Shown: positions 12,546-24,864 of the stretch, piece after piece
How the letters are laid out: every line of letters begins with the position of its first letter
How positions within the stretch are numbered: position 1 is the first letter of the stretch
NCBI GenBank assembly: GCA_965645245.1
Contig: OZ287074.1
Span: 434,001 to 498,000, forward strand
DNA: 64,000 bases
Origin: Massalongia carnosa
Lineage: Eukaryota
Reading direction: 5' to 3'
The notes under the pieces: model-generated
Database searches by the model: none
The model's input: the letters and a program-made list of their open reading frames with translations, nothing else
What the model was told of the DNA's origin: nothing
Position numbers and translations under genes: made by a program

Positions 12546-13324
12546 AGAGTAGGCAACGAGAACTAGATAGGACTCGGGGGATCGCGTCGTTTCAGGCGAT
12601 CCGTTTAGTGTCTCTTTCTCTCTTTTCTCGTAACCCCTGTTGAGTGTTGATTAGATTTCCTCCTAGCACGCTTCCAGCCATGCCATGATCCCGGATAGCC
12701 CGCTCCGTAGGCTGAACTTTAGCACACACCTCCCTGCGGAGTGGACCAGTCACCGTCCTTTCATCCAATACGCCACTCCGTTCATTGGTCCAGAGCAAGG
12801 GTGAGCTCCGAGCGAAGAAACACTCCCGCCGCCGAGCACAAAGGCCACCGCCATACTCCGTATCATTGGGTCCCTCCTCCCTGTAATTTCTGTACGTTTG
12901 GTAATTTACTCTAGAGAACATTTCTGAACACCTCTTTGAGCTCCTCCTTTGCAACACTTACATGCTCTCAAACTCAATTCTAGGCTCCTCCTGATTCTGT
13001 CGTTACAGGAAAAACAATTTTGCCCGTAGTGGACAAAACACTCTTCCTTTCCTCCCCTCTTTCCTCCTTGAATCTCTCTACAAAATACAGCACCCTTCGT
13101 TCCTCACAGAGGGCAAGTCGGGATCCTGTGCAGCATTTTCCTGAGGGAAGCTCATGCACCCCCCCATATCACTTGGATTCCACCTCTACCATTGCCCCGC
13201 CGGATCTTGGATCGTTAGGGTGAGAGATAGTCACAGTTGGGTGAGCAAAGCTGCCAACTACGCACAGCTGCAGATCGAAATCCTTGCGGCACCCTCAACC
13301 TCGAATTGACGCGTCAAGACCGCA

Positions 13325-16300
13325 ATGGGTCCTTCACTACGAGATCATTCGATTTTTGTGCGGCCTTCTACCCGGGATCGCCCTGCTACTCGTGACCAAG
13401 GCGATCACTCACTCATCATTCCAAGTCGTACGTCGTCGTTGCATTCCCGGATCACGCAACCTATCCCGTCAACACTCAGCATCAAACCCACCCAGAAAAC
13501 ACCCAAAACTCTCACTCATGCGTACATGGTCAGCGGGGTGGGTCGGGAACCTTCGCAATGGGTCAAGGCACCACCACCGGCTCAGGGGAAAATTGGACAT
13601 ATGAAAAATGCCGTTGGCCAATTCTGGCTTCCGGAGATCCTGGGAAGCAGTCCGAGGCTGGAACAGGATAACGAAATCGCTCGAGCATTGCATGCAGCTA
13701 TGCGGGTAAGTTTCGTTGTTTCAATGACGAGTTTTGCAGCAGGGTCTCATATCTTTAGGCATGCTTCCCTCACGATGTGGAGATTTGCACCGGCCGCACC
13801 CAACCATCGAATGTTCACCATTCATTCGTTCTTCAGCAAGACTCGTCGCACACATTGTATGGAATCGCTCTACGCGTGTGGTCCCGCGCCGACGAGAAGA
13901 AGGCTGAGACGATTCGCGATCTGCGTCGACGGACCGAATCGGATTACTACGAATCATCTGATGAGACCTACTGGATCCCGTATTGTTTGAGCTTCCTTTC
14001 TAGATATCCGCTCTATGATTTACTAGGCGACTACCTGCGTGGCATGTGGATTCACTGGAACAAGGCGACTAACCTTTTCCATGCCGAAGAAGTATCTCGG
14101 ATACTCAGCTTTCCAGCGCCTAGGTTGAACGACCTTGTACGAATTGACATGAAGGATTATGCTCTTTGCTACCAATTCCCTTCGTCGCCGTCAGGCTTCC
14201 AGAATTTTGCCATGTGGCCGCTGTTCACCTGTTTATCTATTCCTAACATTGTCGGTGTCATTGAAGCTGCCGTGTCAGCTACGCGACGAATCATTTTCGT
14301 CAGCCATTACCCTGCAATGTTGACTGTGGCCTCGGAGACCATCCGTTACTGCGTCCGTGTGTACGAATGGAGTGGTTTGTACGTACCTATCGTTCATGCG
14401 CGTCATGCCAAGGAACTTGTGCAGGAACCAGGGCCGTACATGCTAGGAATCACTGCGGAATGTAGAACGCTGTTCACAGCCCCGGCGGATGCTTTGGTCA
14501 TCGATTTGGATCGCAATTTTGTTCTAACATCAAACCCACCCACAGTGTTGACGGCAAGCCAGCGAGCCAAGATGATCACACGCTTGACGCAAGCGCTGAA
14601 CGGCGACGTTGCGCCAGCTGGGTCACCTTCGCACTTACGATCTGCCTATGGAGGAGGAAAGCTCGTTCCTGCAGGTCAAATCATCGTCATGCGTGGCGAA
14701 GTTGAGAGTATCGAAAATCCTCAGTGGTGGAACCAGGACAGCGTTATGAGTGTTATGGATCATGTTTGTGAGAAGTTGGTAAGATGCTTAAAATCCGTTG
14801 GGTGGATCTGTACTCATGGCATGGCTAGGGGCGTAACACCGGCATGAAAGCCATGTTTGGAGGCGCTGTGAAGAAACCGTTGATGACCAAGGTGTCCATG
14901 CGACATTTGAATGAGATTATCCGCGAACGCAACCAGTATTCTCGAGATGCAATGGAAGCATGGCAAGATTTTATCAATCTCAAAGGCAGATTAGACACGG
15001 AGCTATCCAAGACGACAAAGAGGAACAACTTCCTTGTGGAGGAACTTGAGAGTTGGAAGCAACAGGTACTCATTCTTGGCATCCTGACCTCGATTTTCGC
15101 TGACAATCCTAGTTCCTTAAATTCCAAGCATTTGTAGAGCAACTTACCAAGGAGACCCAAGACCTCAAAGTCAAGATCGAATCTCACAAACGCGAGAATC
15201 GCCGTCTGACCCTTCTCATTGACCAACAGAAGGACGATGCTGCACGTCTTACCGTTCGACTTTCAGGAACCGAAAAACAGCGCGATGATGCGTTGGAAGC
15301 GCTTGTGCTTCAACAAGAGATTGCCGAGAAGCTCGAACGCGAGAGGAAGCGTAATAAGAAAGAACTATCTGCCCTACAGCACACCAACGTCACCATCTCT
15401 CGTCAACGTGATGAGTCGCAGCGAGTGGTTCTGCACCTCCGCAGTCTTATTAATGGCCAAACCCATCATATGGAGCACATTGTCCGTTCTCTCAACAAGA
15501 CTCCAGAACTCTCAAACTACATCGCAGAAGGCTTTGAAGACGTCTCGGATGATCTTGACGATCATGAATCGGTCATCAGCAGCGACAATATGAGAGGGTC
15601 CAAACGTCTTTCGAGCCTCCGAAACGAGCAGCGCCGCCCGTACAGCTCAACCAGCACCTACGACAGCGACAGCAAAATTGACGGCGAGCATGTCACGCCC
15701 GAGATGGAAAATCGCTTTTTCAGTTCCGTCCTCAGCGAGAAGAGCGGGCGCGCAAGCCGGCTGAGCATGGCTGACGTGGCGGATCGCCATCTCCGCGACA
15801 AAACAGACGCTATTGCAGACATTATCCGCAACATCTCCGAGCAATGCGCGGCAGCGGTCGAAGGCTTACAGCTCGCGCATGATGCTGACCAGGACGATGA
15901 CATGCTTGAAGGCAAGAAGGTTCATGACGACAATATTGCCCCTTCGGAAGACGGCCATGAGCAATCGATCCGCACTGACGGTAGCGAAATGAGCGAAGTG
16001 GAGGGGTCGAGTTTCCTCCGACCGGACCGACACCCTTCCAGCATTCCACCTACCCCGGAGCTGGTGCACAACCGGTCTAGCACGTCGATGAGCATGGTCA
16101 GCGCCAGTATCGCTTCTGATCGGTCAAGCCAGCATTACCACAATCATCCCGACACAGTGACCAAGATTGTGGAGCACGGGGACGACGATGAACACCGCTC
16201 AGAGATATCTTCGGGACACCTGGAGAATGTCAAAGGCCGCTTAGACCATGTAGAGGCGAACAGCTTAGCACGACCCGTTACCGCGAGATTGGTGCGATAG
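13325..16300 (+). CDS. DENN-domain protein (putative Rab GEF) with C-terminal coiled coil (4 exons)
   Basis: AYMVSGVGREPSQW, FWLPEILGSSP, HHSFVLQQDS, YWIPYCLSFLSRYP, RRIIFVSHYPAML and YVPIVHARH...PGPYMLG; introns near 13706-13758, 14779-14829 and 15066-15112. Confidence 0.85.
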
Positions 16301-17193
16301 GTTTGTGGACAATGAAAATTGGCAGAGTCAGCGAAGCTGGCGTTTTTTTTTTAAAAAAAAGGGCGGTACGATTGACATTTCAAGTTTCTTTTTCATGTAA
16401 ATTTTGTTTTTTTTTTGTCGTGGTTCTCATCTGTCTTCGGATCTCGAGGGAGGTGGAGCAAGCAGGCGGAAGAAATCCGAACGATATCTCAATCAGCTAC
16501 GGACTGGATATTGCAAAGCTTTGTAAACAACTTCTAGGGTAGTCAGCCAAGTTGCCTTAATGCATCCTCCCAAGTGTACATCTTTCGAAAGCCCACCACC
16601 ACCCATCGTTTAGTCCACACCAGTAACCCCCACAGCACGGTCTTTTTTTTACCCTTCTTTTTTTCTCTTTTTTTCCCCCGTAACAAAGCACGGTTTAGTC
16701 CTTGTAAGCCTTTATTTTAATCCCACTTCTCGTCCTGCTAGCTAGCGTGCATATATATATTGTATACACACCCCGAAATTCGGGTCGGGGGGTTGCCGTT
16801 TCCGTTCGGGAAAGGGAGTAGGACCGCTTTATAGAGGGAGCGTCGAGGGAGTAAGGGGGCGTAGCAAGGGAGCATCGAGGGAGCAAGGGGGGAGCAATAT
16901 GGGGCAGTATAGGGGCGTAGCAGGTGGGAGCGTGGCCTAGCTGCGTTGAGCCGGCTTCGGTTGCCTACGTTATTTTCAAACAACAAACGTTTACATGGTG
17001 ACTCGTGCAATAATACATTGTGACTGAGCCTCTTGCATTCGGCCTCAGTCCACGGCTCCAGAAGAGAGGCTGTTGGAACGGAACTGAGATTCGCCTTCTC
17101 TAAAGATTCAACCCAAGTATCTGATCTAGTTTCCTTGGCGGAGTATTAGATACCCATCAAAGTGCCTCATCGAATCGCTCCATTCTTCCTGAA

Positions 17194-19507
17194 ATGGAAC
17201 CTATTGGCGTAGCAGCTTCTCTCCTTACGCTGGCGAGCACTACGGCTGAGGCCATCAGGTTTTTCCGTGCCCTCATACGACACGCCATCCGGGCTTCAGA
17301 GATTGCACCAGCATGTACGACAGCTACGCTTGGCACTTGACCTCGAACTTCGATTGAATTTTAATCAACTTCACGCAAATGTGCTCGTGGGGTCTCCAGG
17401 CCTTAACTTGGAAATGACGGTGGATTTCGAGTCCTCGCTGAGTAATGCTCGAAGTTGCCTAGATTCGATCGAGAAATCCTTAGCTATGTACCAGGACAAA
17501 CCTAGCAAGATTGTATGTGGACGCTGGGTTTAGCAACACCGAACAGAGATCCTCCAGCTAGTTGAAGATATGCATCATATCGTTGCCTCAGTACCTCAGA
17601 CGTGCGTGGGCTCTAGGAGCCGTCTAAGCCCCTCCGGGTTAGCCTATTTCGCTAAGCTCCTTCGGATTAGCGTCTCAGCTGACTAACGTGGCTGCGATAG
17701 CACGTCTGAGCGCAAAACTAAATATTACGGTCAGATATTCGTAATAAATCGTGTATTATTGCAAATTTTCGACATTTTGACGTCTAGCTTTTTCGTTTGA
17801 CACGGGCTATTTCTTCGAAAGAATTCAAGTAGAATTTGTATAGAAAGATTTCTGAAATTCCTGTTCGTTGTAAAGTTCATGTGGGGCAATCTGATTGCAC
17901 TTCGCATAGAAATCGAGAATCGACTTAACGAAAATAACAAGATGTATGTAAAATTGCTCTGCACGTTATAAACATAAATAAATATTGAAATTTATAACGA
18001 AAAAATCAAAAATACATTGATCATGATCATATCAAGCGACGACGACGTTACAAACATGAAAACAATGAAGTTGTGACGTTTTACTATAATGTCGAAATCG
18101 TTCTTGTCATGATCGTTAAGCCATATCTGACCGTAATCTTGAGTTTTGGGCTCAGACTTGCTACAGATGTGCTGCGTAGTCAGCCTGTTAACCCGAAGGG
18201 GCTTAACGTTCTGTAAGGCTAACCCGAAGGGGCTTAGCCGGGCACGTCTGAGGTACTGAGGCAATCATATCGAGCAGACAGTGATGAGCTTACTAATAAC
18301 TATCTCAACGTATAAGAATCCTTTTACCGCGAAAGCAATTTGATGCCTAACAAATGCTCCTAGATCAATAGCATCGGCATCATACCACCAGCTGAATGAT
18401 ATTAGCTCCCAATAGACGCGCACCCTCGAGCAACTTAAGGAAATGAAGGGCTCGAATAACACGCTAATGAAATCTACTCACTTGCAACTGATAACTCCAT
18501 GGCTTATTGAATTACCACAGCTTGATCCACCTTAAATCCTTGAAGTCCAGAAACAGCGAAGCTTGGTAAATGTGTATCACACTAGACCTGGTTGCAAAAC
18601 CACCAAGAAGAGGTCCAGTAATACTTACTACATGGTTTTTGAAAATCAATGGGACGAGCTTCGGACAGTATACTGGGTTTCAGGAACATTTCGACTTCCT
18701 TCCATTTTGTCAGCATACGCACTGAGCATTCAAGCTAGAGCGACTTTTTCGGTGCTACTTTAGCCATCATTTTCGCAATCCGCGTCTCTAATAAAGAGTA
18801 TAGTGCCATATGACTCCGAATTCATGAAGGCTTGTGATGCTGGTAACTATGAAAGCGCTAGAAACATTGCTTTGGATGGGAAAGGGAGTCTGACCGATAT
18901 CGATGAGCACCGCCAGCCATCGCTTCATGTAAGTGAGCACAGTCTATTGTGGATAATGCTAATTGCAAGATTTGAGGGCCATCAGGGGTGGTTGTTATGC
19001 GCTGGTTGGGTTTTTGCTTGAAAATGGCGCTAGCGCCAACGAACCCGATGGGGTTATGTATGAGTACGTACAGGGACAATCGCTATACTCCTAGCACTAA
19101 CTATGATAAGGATATCATGAAGTATTATATAATGGGCTCCAATGTTGAGACAATTGATTGCCTTGTGGGCCATATGCCTGCCGAATGGATTCACACGCGG
19201 GATTGTCAAAGAAGGATTGCGCTGCATCATGGTTTCTACCTCCCTAGTCCTTTCGCGGATGCCATTGCTGGATGTCTTATCAAATCTGGTGCAGATATCC
19301 ATGCTAAAGACGACAAAAGGCCTTTCTGTAGGAGATATTGCTAGAGATATTGATGGTGTTTCCAAAGGCCATTCTGTTTGGAAAAATGGAACCTGTCAGA
19401 ATTTTGACGCTTGGCTGAAGACACTTCGATCTCTCGGATATGACGTTGAAGTTGACGATGAGGGAGGGTTTGATCTGGCTAGCAGCTCAAGGAACCTGAT
19501 TCTCTAG
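17194..19507 (+). pseudogene. Degenerate gene with a fungal STAND-type N-terminal helical domain and ankyrin-like repeats, interrupted by a TIR element
   Basis: Starts MEPIGVAASLLTLAS. Later fragments EFMKACDAGNYE...SLH, AIRGGCYALVGFLLENGASANEPD and LIKSGADIHAKD are ankyrin-like. There are frameshifts and an in-frame TAG at 17531-17533. The frame reads through (VEDMHHIEQTVMSLL) once the insert is removed. Confidence 0.65.
17583..18264. mobile_element. 682-bp non-autonomous TIR DNA transposon (MITE-like)
   Basis: Perfect 23-bp TIR TTGCCTCAGTACCTCAGACGTGC (17583-17605 and 18242-18264); TSD TCATATCG at 17575-17582 and 18265-18272; hairpin-rich subterminal regions; AT-rich interior without a convincing ORF. 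Confidence 0.95.
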
Positions 19508-20407
19508 ATTGATAATCTCTGCCAGTTTAATCTGGATCGGACATATGAGTTGTCAAATCCTCAACTTAGCAAATGCAGCTTCACTACCATCCACAGTTCG
19601 AACTTGTGGTTAATTTCTTTATATCTAACACCTCAAGTGAACCATGACGCCATCTCGTGGCTTGATTTGATTTCTTTGACTGATCTTCCCCATGATTTGG
19701 TTTACACTCGAAAAGCGATGGTGAGACGTGCCTTATCTCTTCTGGAATATGGGCGTCTGAGTTGGGCGAACAGGCGGGATAGGTATCTATGCATTGTGAA
19801 ATGTAACTATATCCAGTAAAGCGTTTCAACCAGGATGGCAGGACGTTAAGCAAATCTCTGGTTTTCTTCATTGAGTTTGCTTATTGAATTGGTAGTATAT
19901 AACGCTCGAAGGAAACTCAACGCCATACAAAGATAAGTCTGAATAAGGGTCTTCTTCAGAGACTGCGGACATCCAAAATGGCCGCAGGCCAAACAGCGGG
20001 ACATTAATGAAGCCAACATTGGCCCACCCCTACATTCATAGCAAAACTAGATTGCCTTCGGTACGTCCATGAAATTCTGCTTCTTTTGTGTATATCTCCG
20101 GGTATAATCACCACTAGACGCTGAAGGCAATGCCAAACTTCTTAAGTACGAGTTCTAATGTAGTCTTCGTCAAAGTCGCCTCAGCGCATTTTATATTTAA
20201 GTTCGTCGAGAGAATATGGAACGCTCTTCGGAGGTAATTCCTTGAGAGCGACCAAAGCAAATTGCTATATCGTTAAGGCCGTTTGCATCTTTCCGCTCTC
20301 CTATCGCACCCCCACTACTCTCTCTTGCTCCCTCAGTGCTTCCTGCAAACTTCCTTTTCCGAAAACCATCGATCGTTCGTCTTCAGCCATTCTGTAATTA
20401 TTCAATA

Positions 20408-21609
20408 TCAATTCGAAGCATTTGGCCGCCGACCTGTTATTTGACGACTATCACCTTGGAACACCTGTTGTCTGCTGGTGACTGATACTGCTTGATGCGC
20501 CGTCACAGAGTCATCTACATGATGATCTTTGCTGTAAGCTCCTAGAGCAGGATCAGTTCTCTGATAATTTGTATTCCCCATATTCTTTTGGATTTCATAC
20601 TTTCCAAATAATCCAAAGCTGTAAGAATTGGTAGCAGCAGCATGACAAAAGGCAATATTTGGCCAAAACCCCAGTCGTGCTCAGGGTTGTTGTTGTTCTG
20701 AAACGATCTTCCCGATCGGTACTTAGGATTTGCCACGACTATATGCGCATTGGCAGCACGCGCTGTGGCGACATCGTAGATGTCCCACAAGAGAGATATA
20801 CCAGACTGAACAGGGAGCAGAGTGCATGACGCCGGGATCAATATAGCGAATGCCAGAAAAATAATGCATACCACGGCTACTACAATCAAAAGTAAAGCAT
20901 TACTAAGAAAATCTCCAATTGAGCGGCTTTCGTAGATGTCTTTTCTGTGTTGTATCAAATAACGAGGGCAAGCGATGATCAGCTTTTCAAACTTATTAGT
21001 CCAATTGCGCCCAATTTCCCATATATCTAAATAAATGGGGATGTAACCCAGAGGCAACCAGACGAGCGACAAGATAATCCAATGTTCATATTCTCCAGGA
21101 ATGATGCTCCCATTCTCAAGACAGTTTGGAGTCTCCCAGTTCCATCGACGAAATCTTTCAATTGCTGCGTAACTCCAGAATTCCCATAAAAATATGTTAC
21201 TAAGTACAAGCCATAGTCTGAACGTCCAGTTATGCTCAGTTCGAGGCACCAGAATGATACTTGCTGAGTGACCCGTCAGGCATATGTCGGCTAATGAACG
21301 AGCAATGAATATATGGTACAGCGGTGTCTCATCGTCTTTATACATATTCACAAGGGAAGCAATAATAATCGCAATCCCGCTGATCAACTGGCTATCTCCT
21401 TGCATAACAAGTGTATCCCGAAGCACTGAGATCCACCGAGGGTGCTTGTCCGATGCTCGTAGACGAATATGAGATGTAAAGAAGAAGACGTAGATCCACA
21501 GAACATTCGACAAGATGATGGCCACAATGGCATTGATAAAGATGGCCGCAACAACTCCAGTGCCGGCAATATCAGGGTCTCCCTTTATCTCACCATCGCA
21601 GATAGCCAT
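20408..21609 (-). CDS. Uncharacterised multi-pass membrane protein (2 exons)
   Basis: DPDIAGTGVVAA start, DSQLISGIAII, several hydrophobic helices and WGFGQILPFVMLLLP, a pattern common in fungal TM proteins; intron 20542-20600 leads to a stop at 20408. Confidence 0.75.
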
Positions 21610-22098
21610 CTAATTATGAGTCACTGTATGCAAGCTGATGGAATAGTTTTGGCGTATTACTTGGGAAAACGTTGGTTCAGATTAAGATAACGTACATAAT
21701 TCCGCGACACTTCTGTTATCCACATTGCATATCACGTGACCTGCTACCTACGTCATATATTTGTCGTCTTTCAAATTAGGATGTCTTTAATTGAGAAAAT
21801 ATCACGTGATTTTATAATCTGTTGTGCTACAACCATTCAACCTAGGGTAAGCGGAACTTGTTACGGTCTACCCAGAGCCAGTCGACAGGGACGCGATGAA
21901 CGAAGACAACCAAGATGAAAAGGAAAGAAAGACTCGAAATGTCGGAATCGCCCCTACGTAAATAACATCGCGCTTTTTTAAATCCTCGTGCTGTATGATC
22001 GCGAAAGGAGCTTTTCACATGACTCTATTATTCAAATTTTCATCTCATCATCAACCATCATCTGCATAGCTGATAAAATTCATCTAAATTACATGAGA

Positions 22099-23200
22099 TC
22101 AATAACCAGTCATCGCCCCCTTTGCATCTTTTACCTCTTTCAATCTTTTGGGCATGGATAACACCCTTTCATTGATAAATTCCTGACTGACTCGAGCCCA
22201 TCCCTCCCTAATCAGCTGCTCCAAACTTGCATCGTCCCAATGAGGAAATTTACGAACATGCTGCTTTGCGGGCTGCCAGCAATTTTCAATGGAGGCTAGA
22301 TCAGGAGATGAAGCACAATTGAAATAGTGCTCTAAATCGTGATCTAACTTCCACTTTTTGACCGCGTTTCGTGTCTTGCCCGTGTCATGACCAGAGTCTC
22401 CATCTTCTTCAAGTACGAAGTCATCTCCACGCTCCAACCAGGGCTTGACAACGGGATCAAGAATAGCGTCAATATACACCTGATGAGTCATTTTTCATTG
22501 CTATTGCTGGGCACATCGTAGAAGTAGATATCCGACTTGAAATTGTAAACAACTGCTGCCCAGCAGTGCTTTCTTTTACGATCTTTCTCAGGTGGTGCAT
22601 CACGATGCTGAATACAATCCCAACGATATCTTGTTCCGGGCTTACGAATGATTCGTAACTGTCCTTCAGGCCCGTAGCCAAAATGAATCTCATCGCTGAA
22701 TCGTACGCGATGCCAGTCTTCGGACCGAGGATATTTATTAACATAACTGTAGCAAATTCTTCTCTTCTTTCTTCTGATGCCATTGCCAGCCACCCTTTGA
22801 CACAGGCTAGACATTTGTGATAATTCAAGGCAGCTGTAAGAGTTCTCTTCATTGTACGTCCCATCACGTCGGCCCCAATCTCCTGTGCTAAAGCATCCCA
22901 TGTGTAGCGTTTTCCTTCCAATTGTAGATCTTGATCCTGCAGAATGTGATCTGCCTCCTTCAGCTGATCAGCACTAATCTTTCGCTTTCGACCCCGAGTC
23001 TCAACGAGAGAAGAATTGTGACGTGTGCGAGAAGAAGCTCCGCTTTTGATGATGTTATAGCCCGCGCGCTCGGCCACGCCAAATTCCTGGAAAATGGCCC
23101 GTGGATCGAATGGAATTGCATGTGAGATGAGAAATTGATAAGCTCCTTGAACTTTGGCCTTTGTGGGGGTATCATAATGAGGCTTTTTGGGTCGAGACAT
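22099..23200 (-). mobile_element. Tc1/mariner-superfamily transposase, frameshifted (inactive)
   Basis: Three overlapping ORFs give an HTH region (ETRGRKRKIS), RVRFSDEIHFG, LEEDGDSGH and SPDLASIENCW, ending GAMTGY. An imperfect inverted repeat with core ATCTCATCATCAA lies at 22042-22054 and 23200-23212. True element ends were not resolved. Confidence 0.9.
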
Positions 23201-23483
23201 TGATGATGAGATAAAAAGTTGAAAAAAAGGAGTGTGTTTTGATGGGGCATTCAGGGGTAAATTCGCTTACACGTTGCAATTTATTTTGTCACCCGCGTGG
23301 CAAGTAAGAAAATTTCGAAGGTCCAGCTTCGAAACGAATAAACAACTGGATTTGATTTGATTAGCTTATCTGGGAGTGTTCATCTAAGGAATGAGGATGC
23401 CAAGATAGTGAAAAAGAATGTCCCGGTATTAGATCTCGTTTGTTTTTACCAGAAAAATCATGTAACCCTTCCATTCAATGGTT

Positions 23484-24011
23484 TCAGCAAACCCGAAACA
23501 AAACTTCCCCATTCAAGCCGACCGCGGCCGGGATGTCGGCTACTTTCCGCACTTTCGCGCCGTCGGCTTTTTGGCAGCGTCGTAGATCGGCTTTCCACAC
23601 GTTGAAACTAACAGGCGTGCAGCTTAGGGCGGTGAGGTTGCACGTGGCGACTTCGATGGTAAACACATCGTCCTGCACTTCCGTAATGCCCTGGATCACG
23701 TTTCCGGCTGCGGGAAAGTCGTACAGTGGGACCGCTAGGGACGGCAGCGAGCGGGGGTTCAATTGGTAGAGGGTCAGGGAGGTCAGGGTGATGGCCAAAA
23801 GGAGACCGTTCGGCCAGACAGCGAGATTCTCCACCCAAGTTCGCGGCGGGAATTGGTGGATTATTGTGATGGGATACGGCGAAGCGTGGTTTTCGTTCTT
23901 GGAGCTGGCTTGTTTGGGGCGGGGAGACGCTATCTGGTGCGACGAGCTTAGGCAGGCAGCGATGGATAAAAGAAGAACGAGGAAGCTTGAAGCAAAAGTC
24001 ATTGCGGACAT
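23484..24011 (-). pseudogene. Truncated secreted beta-propeller protein (SMP-30/gluconolactonase-like fold)
   Basis: Signal-peptide-like MTFASSFLVLLLSIAACLSS, then IIHQFPPRTWVENLAVWPNG, GITEVQDDVF, VWKADL and GLNG; terminates at about half the expected length just upstream of the Tc1 element. Confidence 0.6.
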
Positions 24012-24864
24012 GAAAAAGGAGTTGCAACGAATTCGCAAGACGGATAAATTGTTTGTAACCTTTTACCAGAGCATTCAAGATCGATATGAAAAAGAGAACG
24101 GAGAGAACGTAGACGAGTTCTGCCAAACAAGTCCGAGTCCGTGCCAGCTTCCAGTTTTATGTAGGTCGTTTCCTGACTGGTTCCTTGGCGGCTTTCCATT
24201 CTTCCACGACCACTTCGGCTTCTATAACTAGTCGTCGTAGTAGCAGCAATACGCAAATCCTTGCCTACCCCCTCTCTACGCCTGTGTGTTCTGTGTGTAC
24301 GGAGTGTTTGATTCCTGGGTAGTTGGTTACTGTAGAGTGAAGGAGGGGATGGTAGGATAAGGTAGGGTAGAGTAGGATAGGGAAGCAAGTAAGTAATGTT
24401 TAGGAGGGAGGGGGAGGTTTGGAGGGAGGTTTGAAGGGATAAGCTTAGCAGTTTAGTTAGTCAGGGACTGACTCTTTGACGGGGTCTAGTTAGTTATTCC
24501 CTCTTTATCGGTCTTTCTTTAGTCATTCACCATTCGTCGTTCCATGCCCCCCACCAAAAAACACATAAGAGCCAAAGCCAAAGCTCAAAGAAAGAAGCAA
24601 GCTATTCCATTGAAGCGCGTTCTTTCCGAATCTTATATCCATCTACAGTACCGACCCATTCTTGGCCCTGATACCTACCCCCGACTTACCCCAGCCGTGA
24701 ATCCTCGACTACCGAAAGAAACTCCATCCGTCCGTTCATTAATACCCTTTGTTTGCCCTCGCTTTTCCCTCCCTCCCGGTTTGCCCCCGTGTAAAAACGC
24801 CAAAAGCCCCATAGCCGTGCCCAGGGACAAGCTAACCAAAAAGACGGTCAACTGCTCCAACCTC

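Noticed and set aside
11810..12546. ORFs with repeats such as SVQMY, STSVR and QSIQS
   Set aside because: Translations of the TACTCYGTA tandem arrays, not credible proteins.
23788..24231. Plus-strand 147-aa ORF with a charged, coiled-coil-like segment
   Set aside because: It is the antisense of the hydrophobic signal-peptide region of the propeller gene; no family features.
24330..24440. Telomere-like G-rich repeat
   Set aside because: Degenerate GGTAG/GATAG pentamers rather than TTAGGG; simple low-complexity sequence.
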